Part shown: in pieces, positions 40,187 through 52,659 of the stretch | Layout: every line of letters starts with the position of its first letter | How positions within the stretch are numbered: position 1 is the stretch's first letter | NCBI RefSeq assembly: GCF_028641065.1 | Contig: NC_073389.1 | Coordinates: forward strand, 11,346,001 to 11,410,000 | Source: Leucoraja erinacea | Lineage: Eukaryota | Reading direction: 5' to 3' | Length of the DNA stretch: 64,000 nt | Notes under the pieces: generated by a model | Told to the model about the DNA's origin: nothing | Seen by the model: the letters and a program-made list of their open reading frames with translations, nothing else | The model's database searches: none | Made by a program: the position numbers and the translations under genes

Positions 40187-41296
40187 GTAAAAACATCTGA
40201 ATTTTATCGTTACTCACGGCAGCTTCGTTTTGAGGTTGAGCAGGCTTTAAGCTACTTTCAGAACATGAATCAGCAACCACTCTTGGAGATGAAGTCTAAT
40301 CGCATTCGCTCCGCCAAGGCACAGACGGCAGTTTTTCGAGGGATGATTGGGCACAGCATGGTGAACAGCAAGATTCTTCTGCTGCACAGGCCCCGGGTTT
40401 GGTGGGAACTGGAGGGTCCACAAGTACCACTGCGACCTGATTGTCTTTCAGTTGTGAACAACTTTGTATTCTTGTTGGGAGGGGAGGAGTTGGGTCCTGA
40501 TGGTGAATTTCATGCCTCATCCAAAGTCTTCCGGTATGATCCTCGACAAAATTCCTGGCTGAGAATGTCGGACATGTCTGTCCCACGGTCTGAGTTTGCT
40601 GTTGGCATCATTGGAAAATACATCTATGCCGTGGCAGGCAGGACAAGAGATGAAACCTTTTATTCAACTGAACGTTATGATATCACGCAAAACAAGTGGG
40701 AATTTATTGATCCGTATCCAGTTAATAAATATGGCCATGAGGGAACAGTTCTTAACAGTAAGCTGTACATAACGGGTGGGATAATGTCCTCTTCAACCTC
40801 CAAGCAAGTGTGTGTTTTTGATCCCAGTAAAGAAGGCACTGTAGAACAGCGGACGAGGAGAACACAAGTGGTTACAACTTGCTGGGAGAACAAGGCTAAA
40901 ATGAATTATGCACGCTGCTTTCATAAAATGATTGCCCACAATGGGAAACTTTATGTTTTTGGTGGTGTGTGTGTAATTTTACGTGCATCTTTTGAGTCAC
41001 AAGGCTGTCCATCAACGGAGGTTTATAATCCTGATTCTGACCAATGGACTATCTTAGCATCAATGCCCATCGGGAGAAGTGGACATGGCGTGGCAGTTGT
41101 TGAAAAGCAGATCATTGTCCTTGGCGGTCTTTGTTACAATGGTCAATACAGTGACTCCATCCTTACCTTCGATCCAGAAGAAAATAAATGGAAAGAAGAT
41201 GAATATCCAAGGATGCCTTGCAAACTAGATGGCCTACAAGTCTGTAGCCTTTACTTTCCTGATTTTGTACTGCAGCATGTTCGGCGATGTACCTAA
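40187..41296 (+). CDS. KLHL15: Kelch-like protein 15, coding exon 2 (Kelch repeats)
   Basis: Acceptor tttttctcag|GTA in phase 0 (VKTSEFYRYSRQLR...); 1110 nt including stop; total CDS 1815 nt = 604 aa; Kelch GG/Y/W motifs. Confidence 0.96.
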   Translation, partial: VKTSEFYRYSRQLRFEVEQALSYFQNMNQQPLLEMKSNRIRSAKAQTAVFRGMIGHSMVNSKILLLHRPRVWWELEGPQVPLRPDCLSVVNNFVFLLGGEELGPDGEFHASSKVFRYDPRQNSWLRMSDMSVPRSEFAVGIIGKYIYAVAGRTRDETFYSTERYDITQNKWEFIDPYPVNKYGHEGTVLNSKLYITGGIMSSSTSKQVCVFDPSKEGTVEQRTRRTQVVTTCWENKAKMNYARCFHKMIAHNGKLYVFGGVCVILRASFESQGCPSTEVYNPDSDQWTILASMPIGRSGHGVAVVEKQIIVLGGLCYNGQYSDSILTFDPEENKWKEDEYPRMPCKLDGLQVCSLYFPDFVLQHVRRCT

Positions 41297-44200
41297 AGCA
41301 TTGCTGAGGCTATATGACGCTAATTAACTAGGGAAGGGAAACCATGATTTTGTTAAAACATTTGGGGAGAGCAAATTATAGTATTGTAAAGATATTGCCC
41401 TTGAAAAAATAAGGTGCCAAAATAAATGCAATTCATAATGGTTTTTCTTTACAATTGATTTTAATTGGTCAAAAATCCACAACTGATATCAGTTTAATTA
41501 ATTTTAATAAGGAAATTTACATTTCTATTACTTGACAAGTTGCCCATTCACTTCCTTGCACTCTGTACCATCGCTCAAGAGTTTACCAACTATGTCTATT
41601 TTAGAAATCTATTTATTAGGGGTTTCCTTTGTTTCTTTGCATTTTTATCAATAACTTTGGCCTTTTATCTAAAAATGTGAATTGCTACATCGAAAACAAA
41701 TTTTATCCCTATCCTTTTACAGTCTTTATTTTATTTTAATTATTTAATCTGTGGTTGTACTAAAGATCCAACTCCTTGTTGCAAAAATAGTTTTGAAAGT
41801 ACCTTGAAGTAAAAGCTGAAGATGGTGGAAACATTCAATTAGTTAGACGGCACCTGTGAAAAGGCATGCAGAGTTCATGTTTCAGGTTGAAGCCTTTCAT
41901 CAAAGTCGGCTAAGGGAGAAAACAAGTTAGTAGTAGGTTTCAGAGAGAATTGTGGGAGGGATAGCTAGGAGCATGTCATCTTTTGTTCCGTTTCTCTCCC
42001 TCCGACTGCCCCTTCCAGTGACCAGGTTACCTCAAAGATTTATCCCCATAACAACTCCAGCTTTGCTTTTTCAGAGGGGTTCCCTCTGTCCTGTCCATCT
42101 GCTCTTTTTCCCTACCAATCCTCGTTAAATCGGCTTTCTCTCTTCCCCAGTACTGGCAAAGGGCCTTCAACATGAGATATCTCTAATCTCTATTTCCACA
42201 AATGCTGCCCGACCTGCTGAGTGTTTCCAACATTTCCTGTTTCCATTTCAGATTTTTAGTTTCTGCAATTTTCATGCAGAAAATTATTTTATTCTGCAAA
42301 TGGTTCATTATTTTAGAGATCATGAGTCCAGGCTGATTTTTAAGGTGTGGTAGGACATTAAGGTGGGATCTACCAGCTGAGAGAATCCATTGATTGTTTT
42401 GTGAACATTAAAATCTTTTGAAGGAAGTGTTTAGTTTCTTCTTTTGTATAGTCTTGTGCTTTCCAAATTTAATCTTGGCTGTGCCCTTTTAATTTGGTGC
42501 AGTTTTTTTTGTCACTTTTATTTGTAATGTAATTATTTTAGTCAAGCATGGCTTTTAAATTTATTCCGAATGTTCTAGCTCCAACTACACAAACTAATTT
42601 AAGAAAGGGTTGCTGGGAAATCCTTCGCTAGGTCACTGCAAAGTCTTTTATTTGTTTAAATTTTATCATCTTTGTGTGAAATGAGGGTTTTGAAATGATA
42701 GGATAAATTTTCAGAAGAATTGCAGGAGTTGAGTCAATATTTCCAACGTGGATATGTGTGCAAATGAACTGTTCGGGTGGTGAAAACACTGGAAAGGAAT
42801 CTTTCAAAAGGAAAAAAAAGTTCTGTTATAAGAACCATTTTTCAATGCATGTATATTTTACTATCATCTCCATGTAATCATTTATTCCAGAATGGACAGG
42901 AAACAATTTGCAGCTTTTCCAGAGACTGAAAATTGTATCTTGCACATTTGTAGTACTTTGTTTCTCTTTTATAATCTCTAAAACCTATTTAAAAAATATT
43001 AGACACGTTTACCATTTTAACTATCCTGGAAACCAAAAAAGCAAGTTGTTTAATTGTAAACATAAAATTGTAAAGGGACAGAAAAGTGTAAAAAGTTTGC
43101 TTTGTAAATACTGAATCCTATTTTTCACTGAGCGTAAAGCAATGCATTAAGTTTTCAAATGAAATGTATTTAGTTAGCTATAGTCTTGAAAATGTATGTG
43201 ATGGAAATGTAGAGTATTTAAGAAAACCATGATTTATTATCTTAACATACCATTGTTGCAGCAATGAAGCCATCTACATTAAAGGCTGCTGTTGTAGGAT
43301 GTCTTTGTAAACGAGCCACATTCATCATCCATGTCACTTTACAACATGTTCTAGTCTGTAAGTTGACCCTTGCAAACCACCACTTCTTGTTTTATGAATT
43401 CAATTTCCAATGATAAATGATCATCTTCTCGACAGCATCCATATGTAAATTATCATTTTTTTTGGGCACAATTTCCATACTGATTTTTTTTTTAAGTTGG
43501 AAAAACTGTAGGTCTGGCAGTGAAAGTCAACGTTGGGCCTCTGCTCTTCATCAGAACTATTTCTATCATCTGCAGTTTTCTTTCAATGTGTATACTGAGT
43601 AGCCTCATTTTTATTTGAAGCCAAAATAAATCTAGCTGACAAAAGATTGAAGGAAAGCATATTGTGGTGGGTAATGCAGTTAAACCAACCTGAAAATATT
43701 TAGACCTTGAGTCTTGCAGAAGTTTTTTGTGGGTAACGTGTTTGTGACTGAAAACTTGTGTACCAATCATGTCCCTTAGCGATTTTACAATCTTGCAGTA
43801 GACAATTTTGTGCATGGTTTTGGAAACTGACTGGATATTCAGACTGATGTCCCAGGGATTACAAGTGCCTGTATTTATAAGCTAAATCAGAGATTATGAC
43901 CAGTCCACAAGGATTCATTTAGTACCTGGTTTTGTTCTTTGGGGTCATGGAAAGCACAGCAAGGCAAAACTTCTGTAATGACAAGGTCTTGTGCAAAAGG
44001 GAGGCGTTTGTACATTTGAAGCAGATCATTCTTGGAGCTTTTCAGTTAAAGTGCAAGAAGAATATTAGTTAAAATCCATAGCAATTTAGATTTTTGTTCT
44101 TCAATGTAAAGTTTACCATTCTCTGGCCACTGAGTCACTGACAGCTGCTCTGGTGTTGAACACCACCTATACCTGAAAGAACAGGTAGCAACATTTTCAA

Positions 44201-44440
44201 TCTAAGGCAGACCCAAGTTGTAATGAATTTGCATATCTGATGGAATGTTCATGTGTTATTATTTATGTTAACTGATATCTTCACTGGCAGATGTGGACTC
44301 ATTTCAGTAGAGTACAATATACTTCAAATACCCACTTAATCAGTGCAAAAAATATTTTGTGACTTTTTAGAGCTGAAGATATTTGTAAACAAAATGTAAA
44401 AAGTGTTAAATAAAAGAATTGTCTTTTAAAATGGACTAAT
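41297..44440 (+). other. Probable long AU-rich KLHL15 3' UTR with candidate poly(A) signal AATAAA near 44409
   Basis: AT-rich, largely repeat-free sequence after the stop; end point inferred only from AATAAA and downstream GT-rich sequence. Confidence 0.4.
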
Positions 44441-45120
44441 TTCATGTGTCAATGTCACTCATTGGATAAGAAAACTAATCAATGGCTTTAATTCTGTAAA
44501 CAGTAATTTGTGAAAAAAAATTCTGAAGATAGTATTTGTGGTTTTACCCAAATTAGTTTAAGGACACAATATGTTTAAATATGCTTGTATTTTTAAATAA
44601 GTAAATGACAGCACCCTAGATACTATATTGTGCAGTTATTTTCATATTGTAAAGGTCGACTGCTTGAAAAGCAATATACAGTTTGAATACTTGCAAAACT
44701 AGGCACTGGCATTCGTAGTGCATTGAGTAATTGTTGAAAAATACCAAGATTCCAGGAACGTTTGTGCAGGATTAGCGTGTAATGGGCACTTGAGTGAGAA
44801 CTCGGGTGTGATGGGGGTGGGGATGAGGTGTGGGGGGGGAGGCTGAAAGTATGCTGTATGGCTCTGGTTTTGAATGTTCTGGAAAATTAACCATCTTAAC
44901 TATTATCCCTGGAAACTACATGCGATTAGATAACTTATTAATTGATTTTGATTAGCTGTGACTTCACGGTTAGATAGTCGACTCCTTTGTATTTTCACAT
45001 GCAGAATGTGAGAATTGCCGGTAACCTAGATTGATCCTTGGTAGTAAATAGTGACACGGATATTGATACGATGAGGCTTCAAGTAAACATTGACAATAAA
45101 TCAGAAGTTTATTTTGCATA

Positions 45121-45625
45121 TGTAGTACGAGAATTTTGGCCGATCAGTCCATGAGCCATAGTGCTGCAGCCGGCAGCACTATATTTAAAGCCCATAAAGC
45201 TGTGGCCGGCAGCGCTTTGTTTAAAGCTCCATGTGTTAAGATGGTAACACTGTGTGTATTGCTTTACGCGCCGGTCTGCGGCTGATAGCGCTTTGTTTCG
45301 GGGGGGGGGGCCTTGCTCGGATGCAGGTTGTAATTTGGGAGCGGCGCTATTGGCCAGGATTTACTGGCAGTTATTTCAACAGTTGATTTCTGCCTGTATA
45401 AAGCCTTAAATTAGTTCATGTACGAGAGGGGTTCAGCGCCGCGGACAGAGGCAGAGAGGGAGAGGTGTGCTGCAGTAAAACACACCCCTCGCATAAGGAC
45501 AAGTATTGTTTTTGTTCTCTCTTGCCAATAAATCCGATTTGTAACTAAACAGACAATAAACTCTAAACAGACGAGTGAGCCTTTTTCTGTTCTAGTCAGA
45601 TCCTTGGACCTGTTCTCTTGTAACA
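45121..45625 (+). repeat. 5' LTR (505 bp)
   Basis: Direct repeat of 46754-47312; TATA-like gtataaag near 45396 and AATAAA near 45527. Confidence 0.9.
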
Positions 45626-45675
45626 ATTGGCCTAGTCTGACAACTAGCATAGAAAATGTATGGTAAAAAGAACAG

Positions 45676-46318
45676 CACTGGTGCAGGCCAAGCGCCCCCG
45701 CAACAAGCTGCTGCCCTCGGTGCAGGGGAGCCCGCAGCAGGACGTGCTGCAGGCGCGACCAGGAACCTCGAGTCTTCAAGCTCCTCCAATGCTTTTAACG
45801 GATCACAAGGGAGAGGTTTATTGTAAATTTCACCCAAATGGATCAACACTGGCATCTACGGGATTTGATCGACTCGCATTGTTTTGGAATGTATATGGCG
45901 ACTGCGATAATTATGCTACATTGAAAGGTCACAGTGGAGCAGTGATGGAATTTCATTATAACACAGATGGCAGCATGGTTTTTCCAGCATCAACAGATAA
46001 AACTAGCAGTGTGGGACAGTGAAACGGATGAATCAAGAGACTTAAAGGTCACACATCCTTTTGTGAATTCATGGTATGCAGCCCGACGGGGCCCACAGTT
46101 GGTCTGTACAGGAAGCGACGACGAAACAGTGAAGCTATGGGGCATTCGGAAGAAGGCTGCAACCCATACATTTCGAAACACGTACCAAGTACTGGCAGCA
46201 GTGTTTAATGATGCAAGCTATCAGATTTTCTCTGGTGGTATTGATAACGACATTAAGGTTTGGCAAAACAAGTTAATTTACACCATGCTTGGTCATACAG
46301 ACTGGGTGACTGGGTTTG
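45676..46318 (+). pseudogene. SNRNP40: Processed, 3'-truncated SNRNP40 (U5 snRNP 40 kDa WD40 protein) pseudogene inside the LTR element
   Basis: SSLQAPPMLLTDHKGEVYCKFHPNGSTLASTGFDRL...WNVYGDCDNYATLKGHSGAVME, ARRGPQLVCTGSDDETVKLW, SGGIDNDIKVW match recalled SNRNP40; no introns; frameshifts and small deletions. Confidence 0.93.
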
Positions 46319-46324
46319 ACCCTG

Positions 46325-46690
46325 CGTGGGGTAAAAGATGCCGCCATCACAGATCTATCAGTGGATAAAGTGGCCATTTGCACCGAAGCCCTACAGAACC
46401 GTATGGCCCTGGATTTCATCCTGGCTGAGAAATGGAGCACTTGTGCTATGATCGGGTGGGTGTGCTGTACTTGTATTCCCAGTGATTCGGAGAACATCAC
46501 TAACCTCGCTGACTACATCCAGAAAGACGTGGGGAAGATTCAAAAGGGTAGGAGGACAATACCACGACTACAATCCCTTTTGGAATGTTTGGAGGCTGGT
46601 GGGCAACAGTCGTGCACTGAGGACTGACCATTGGGACAATCTTATTGGCCATAATATTACTGTGTGGTGTGTGCGTATTGGCATAATGAC
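46325..46690 (+). pseudogene. Retroviral env transmembrane-subunit remnant
   Basis: ALQNRMALDFILAE (CKS-17-like immunosuppressive domain), CAMIGWVCC (CX6CC), NIT sequon; after a frameshift a hydrophobic GLTIGTILLAIILLCGVCVLA stretch. Confidence 0.88.
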
Positions 46691-46753
46691 TGTCGACTTT
46701 ACTAACGCCTGCGGGCTGGATGTGATGGTAACCTGACTGTTTGAGGAGTGGAA

Positions 46754-47312
46754 TGTAACATGAGAATTTTGTCCGAGCAGTCCATGAGCCATAGCGCTGT
46801 GTTTAAAGCCCATAGCGCTGTGGCCGGCAGCGCTTTGTTTAAAGGTCCACACGCTAAGTTCTGTTTAAGCCTTTGCTCGCCAATTCGGCAGCGCTGTGTA
46901 TATTACCTTACGCGCCAAGTCTACGGCCAGTAGCATTGTGTGTGTATTGCTTTACGCGCCAGTCTGCGGCTGATGGGGAGGGGGCTCGCTCGGATGCAGG
47001 CCTCTGCCATTGGTTGCAGTTTAAATTTGGGAGCTGCGCTATTGGCCAGGACTTAACAGCGGTTAATTCAACAGCTGATTTCTGCCTGTATAAAGCAGTA
47101 AGCCACAAGTTAGTTCATGTACGAGAGGGGTTCGATAGTTGAGTCGCGATCAGTGTCGCGGACCAAGGCAGAGAGAGAGGGAGTGTGCTGCTATAATGCG
47201 GACCCCGTCCATAGCAAGTATTGTTTTTGTTCTCTCTCCTGCCAATAAATATGAATTGTAACTAAACAGACAGTTCTACTAGACAGATCCTTGGACCTGT
47301 TTTCTTGTAACA
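46754..47312 (+). repeat. 3' LTR (559 bp)
   Basis: Begins tgtaacatgagaattttgtccgagcagtccatgagccatag and ends gatccttggacctgttttcttgtaaca, matching the 5' LTR. Confidence 0.9.
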
Positions 47313-48816
47313 GCATATTAATAATTTGTTTTTAAATGTAACAAATTATGTATTACACTATGTTACTATTTGACAATTCGTACCTAGTCATTTTTTTCGA
47401 TCATTTGTAACCGTCAGTGGCTTGCTGTTCTTTTTCCGTCAGATTTCTGGGTTTATAATCTTTACTCATATGGAATTATGCACTTAAATTACTTCCATCT
47501 TAATTTTAAAATTCAAAAGGAAGAATCACAGGTGGATTGACATCGTTTCACCATAGCAACATATTTCATTCCTAAATTTTAAAAGACATCTTTAAACTAG
47601 ATCTCGTCCAGCATCCTGGCATGTCAAAACAATCGAGTATTATTCGCATCTATTTATTTACTCTTTCTTCTAAATACTTATGCATTTAAATTACCTACAG
47701 TACCTGATCACTAACTTTGCAAAATTCTTGATGTTTCTAATTGCAGAATAAATATGGAATAATCTGGTTGCAACTTAACAAGTGTGGCAGTGCATCATTC
47801 AGTTTATCTCCTAGTGTGAATCTACGCAATGTTTCCGTTTTTAAAAACTCCAATCCATTTTGAAGAAGCCATTTGGTGATTTTCAACACATAAATATCCT
47901 CTTGATACCTTGCTTAAATATAATCTGGATAATGAATATTATATTCACCTGAAACCCAGGCTGGAAACTAAGCCCATTTGTTCCCATTGATCTCAAATGG
48001 ACTTCCACAATCCACTAGATTTCAACAATTGTTGAGACAATGTTGTCAAGCTCATCCCTGGAGATTAAGGCAGTCTCCAAAAATATGTGTACACACTGAT
48101 CAAAGATTTTTTTCTCTCTCCAGTACTTAATTTCATGCATAAGATGCCATCTCCTAAGCTGCTGCTATGTCTTAGATAATATAAAATGCATAAGGGGTTA
48201 AACACAATTGCTGTTCCCAATAGGAAGAATGGAAAGATCCATGGCACAGTTCAATGCCCGGGCCAATATTATTCCTCAACCCAGATGAAAAATATTTCAG
48301 TACTGTTTTGGGACCTTCCTTTGATCACTTTAACTGTTGTCTATCTACATTAGAGTTCAAAAGTAATCCATTGCCCACAAAATGCTGCGCTCTACCTGTA
48401 AGTAAAGTGAGCTGTTAAAGCAGATACCTCTGCTCTGATTTATCGGACCAAGAGACAAAATTGATTTTGACCACAACTGATTAAACTTCATGCATTGTTA
48501 AACCATGCATACAGTATAGTACAACTTGTTGGAAATGTATTAGAGCTACTATGCTCAGCATAAGCCATGCCTTCAAAGAAAAGGGAAATATCGCAAGGAT
48601 GTTAATTGGACTTTCTCCCAACTGTGTGTAGAAATACCATGATCCCAAACACTCAACATTTATATTAAAGATCAATTTTATATCAAAGTAAAGGCACACA
48701 ATGTAATTTGCACATGGTGTCGGTCAAAGTTAAAGGCAACAGCAAGCACATTTTTTGACAGGGCATAAATGAATGTCTGTTACATTTGATCTGCCCTTCT
48801 AATACATGGTCTTGTT

Positions 48817-49005
48817 TCAGTTGGGGAATGGTGTCCCACATGCATCAAGCGAGAGTTTCTGTGTCCAAGCATAGATTTTATCAACTTCGTGCTCCCATTC
48901 TTCCTCTGAAGTTAAATATGTAATTTGATCTTTTTCTTCAGAGTTTGTAACAATCTGAAAGTCATCCTGTGCAGGACTACGGTGAGTTGGTTTATCTGGT
49001 TCTTC
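48817..49005 (-). CDS. CXorf58: CXorf58-like protein, last coding exon
   Basis: Acceptor aattaccag|GAA in phase 0; EEEWEHEVDKIYAWTQKLSLD then stop; phase fits the upstream exon; tail-to-tail with KLHL15 as recalled for mammals. Confidence 0.75.
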   Translation of the reverse strand, partial: EEPDKPTHRSPAQDDFQIVTNSEEKDQITYLTSEEEWEHEVDKIYAWTQKLSLDACGTPFPN

Positions 49006-49329
49006 CTGGTAATTACGTGATAAGTTAAAAATTAAAGGCATTAATGCAGATCACATAACTGTTCTGTACACTTACATATGGATAATTAACATTTTCCTGC
49101 AGTTCACACTGTAATTGCACAAAAAGAGCAAATATTAACCATACCAATGTAGTGTTCAATATTACCTAAACAGCTGAAACTGCATATTAATTTACAGCTA
49201 TTCATGTTGTGGATAGACACAATGTTGGAGTAACTCAGCGGTACTGGCAGTGTCGCTGGAGAGAAGGAATGGGTGACGTTTTGGGTTGAGAACCTTCTTC
49301 AGACCCGTCCTCATATTGTGGCATATTTG

Positions 49330-50700
49330 TCACCCTGACTAAGATGCCTCATCTATACGAGTCCCACTTGCTTGTATTTGGCCCATATCCCTCCAAAACA
49401 TTTCCTATCCAGATGTACCTGTCCAAATGTCTCTTAAATCTTGTTAGAGTAACTGCCTCCTCTGGCAGCTTGTTCCATAAGCACAACAATGGAAGCCGTT
49501 GCCCCTCAGGTTCCTATGAAGTTTCCCCCCTCTCACTTTAAACCAAAGTTTCCTCATTCCCCTGCTCTAGGTAAAAGACTGTGTGCATCTCCCCTATTCT
49601 ATTCCCCTTATGATTGTGTGCACTTCTATAAGATCACCCCTCATCCTCCTGCACTCCAAAGAATAAAGTCCGAGCCTGCTCAACCGCTCCCCGTAGCTCA
49701 GGCTCTCAAGTGCTAGTAACATCCTCATAAATCTCTGCACTCCTTCCAGCTTAACAACATCTTTCCTGTAGCAGGGTGACCAAAACTGAACATGCTACTC
49801 TCAAGCCCCGAGTTAAAAATAAGAGGACGCATATTTGAAAGATTTTTGTTTTTAATTAAAATTGTATTTTAATTTTTCGAGAGAATCATTCATCTTTGGA
49901 ACTTCACTTCAATCATCTTGTGAGGGGGAAAAAAAGATTTTGAATGTTAGGGCAGAATTAGATAGATTCTTGATGAGCAAGAGTGTGATAGGTTGCTGCC
50001 TGGACCTGAATGTGAAGTTGAGATCAGCAGCGCGAGTTGGGCCGAAGGGCCTGTTTCCATGCTGTATGACTCTAAACCTTTCTTACCCATATAACTGACC
50101 AAATGTCTATTCAGCATTGTAATTGTACCCATGTCAACCACTTCATCAGGCATGGCTCCATGTACCCACCACCCTTTGTGTCATGATTTTTCCTATAATT
50201 TAAACCTTCCAGCCCTTGCAACATCTTTGTGAATCTTTTCTGCATCTTTGCTAGCTCAATCACATCCTTCCTATTATTTGCTGACCAGAACTGCACACCA
50301 CATTCCAGGTGTGGTCTCACTAACATCTTGTATTGTTACAACATGACATCCCAATCCCTGTACACAATGCTCCAATGAGGGTAAGCATGCCATATGCCAC
50401 TCTCACTACCTTGTCCACCTGTGATGCCGCTTTCAAGGAATAATGTACTTGATATCTCAGTGGAATACTCCAGCATGCTGTGTATGTTATACCCTGGTTT
50501 AATTTCCCAATCTTTGTCACTTCACACTTGAGTTAAATTCCTTTTCCCTCTGCCAATTGATCTAGGTCATGCTGTAGCCTTTAACAACCACCTTTGTCCA
50601 TCACACAAACAATTTTGGTGTCTTCAGCAAACTAACTTGTGCCACTTAGATTCCCATCCAAATCGCTAATATATATATATGACAGGCAACCTTTGGTGCA
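49330..50700 (-). mobile_element. Cluster of decayed CR1-clade LINE fragments
   Basis: LVRPHLECGVQFWS (50111-50326) and similar remnants. Confidence 0.7.
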
Positions 50701-51464
50701 TATATAGCAAGCTTACAATTCTAATGAAGTTACTTCATCAAAGTTTAATATACCAGATCTGAATAATGACAAGAAATTAAACTCTATTAACCAAAATTGA
50801 ATGAATCCATTTAGGATTACATCGGGTGCACAGCACAGAAATAGACTGATCAGTCCAACTATGCAGGTCCGACTGAATAAATGGATGTCGGAAATGGAAT
50901 TTAATGCTGAAAAGTTATAGATTGGTTGGAAGAATGAGAAAGCCATGCAAACAAGAGTGCAAAGTCCTAAAAGGATTACAAGAAAGTTGAGATCTGGCAT
51001 ATGTTGAGATATGTGCATAGGTTGTGAAAGCAGTGAAAGTTATTTTGGATCCTTCCTTTTTATAAACAGGCACACAATACAAGAGGAATGAAAAAAGACG
51101 CAGTGTCGGAGTAACTCGGTGGAACAGCATCTCTGAAGAAAATGGAAAGGTGACATTTCAAGTTGGGATCCTTCTTCAGACTGATTATGGTGCAAATATA
51201 TCACAAAATGGCATATTTGTTGAACATGGATGTGATGTTTCCGGTCGGGATACTTCAGACTGATTGTACTGGGTGGTTTAATAGGTAGGTGAATGACAAA
51301 GGCCAGAGGGGAATATGAGATGAGGATAAAATAATTATTAATTGTAATAAATGAATAAAGGGGACAGGGGAGCGAGTAGGGAAGAAATGGGTGTGAGTCA
51401 GGTGGGGCACAAGGAACAGAAGGAGGATAAAAGAGGGGGGGGGGGGGGTTATTCAGTTTGGAGG

Positions 51465-51855
51465 TTAATTACCTGAAATTGGAGAATTAAATATTCATGC
51501 CATTCTAAGTTACCCAATTAGAATATGAGCTACTTTTCCTCCTGTTTGCATATGGCCTCACTCTGGCAATGGAAGAGGCCCAGGACAGAAAGGTCAGTAT
51601 GGGATTGGGTAGAGGAGTTAAAATGATTATCAACCAGGAGATCCAGTAGGCCTTGGTGGAGTGAGCGCAAATTTTCAGCAAAACGGACGACTCGTCTACA
51701 TCAAAAAGTAATGGAGGCCACATTGGGAACACCAAATGCAGTATGTGAAGTTAGATGAAGTGCACATGTCTTACCTGGAAGGACTTCTGGGGTCTTTGGA
51801 TAGATGTAAGGGAGAAGATATTGGGAAAGATGTTGCATCTCCTGCGATTGCAGGA
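51465..51855 (-). mobile_element. Decayed Penelope GIY-YIG fragment
   Basis: Reverse complement aligns by eye with 3200-3560 (ctttctgtcctgggcctcttccattgccagagtgaggcc). Confidence 0.75.
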
Positions 51856-52424
51856 CAAAAAGGAATGAAGATACAGTTAGTCTTTAAAAAAAAAAAACTG
51901 GTTCTGGCTTAAATGAAGTAAAATGTCCAATTCGGGGAACCACACCAGAATAGATATAAAGATTTTGGAGAGGGTACAGAAAATAACATGAAAAATGTAT
52001 CTCTTTGAATTCTTCTCTACCTTATTCGACCAAGCTGTTTCATATCCCCTCATCTCCTGGTTTTCCTAAGTGACTCGACCCCCCCCCCATGGTCCATGCT
52101 GCCATTCAAACACCTCCCTAATAGCCCATGCTGCCATCCTATTCAGCATAAAAATATTCTCTATTTCCACAAGTGCATCAATTCCATTTGGATTTTTATG
52201 ATTACATCTTTATCATGGATAAAAAGGGTTATTCTGAATATCTAATTTGATTTCTGGGTGGCTGTCCTATATTGATGAACTCTTGTGTCCTTTACCAGGA
52301 ACCATTCTCTTTATATCCTCTCCATCAAGACCTTTCAGTTATAAAAGCACTGTTAGATCACCCTTCAGTACTTATTTCTCAAGAGAAAAGAAACAGTCTG
52401 TTCATCTATTTTTTATTACCCCCC

Positions 52425-52527
52425 CTGACATCAGCCTGAAGAAGGGTCTCGACCCGAAACGTCACTCATTCCTTCTCTCCAGAGATGCTGCCGGTCCCGC
52501 TGAGTTACTCCAGCATTTTGTGTCTAC
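52425..52527 (+). ncRNA. Best-preserved minimal hammerhead-ribozyme-like motif in a Penelope-derived fragment
   Basis: CTGAAGA (52436-52442), A, stem II GGGT-CTCG-ACCC, GAAA (52456-52459), CGTC; palindromic ACGT replaces stem III. Stem I is weak. Confidence 0.45.
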
Positions 52528-52659
52528 CACCTATTCTTTTACATTTTTTAATACCATTCTTATAAGTGGATGTCAAACATTGAGGAGAAAAGCACGTTAA
52601 GCCATATGCCACCAACATTAAGGAAATAAAGCATTTGTAATGAAGCCACACAATTTTAC

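Larger units (their letters stand above)
45121..47312 (+). mobile_element. Non-autonomous ERV-like LTR element carrying a captured SNRNP40 cDNA and an env TM remnant
   Basis: LTRs 45121-45625 and 46754-47312, both TG...CA; 5-bp TSD GCATA (45116-45120, 47313-47317); PBS-like TGGCCTAGTC at 45628; PPT GAGGAGTGGAA just before the 3' LTR. Confidence 0.92.

Noticed and set aside
40181-40192. CAG|GTAAAA as a recursive splice site
   Set aside because: GTA is the Val codon required by the protein and the donor match is weak.
45660-46368. SNRNP40 as a functional gene
   Set aside because: Intronless, frameshifted, missing its native start and C-terminal WD repeats, and enclosed by LTRs.
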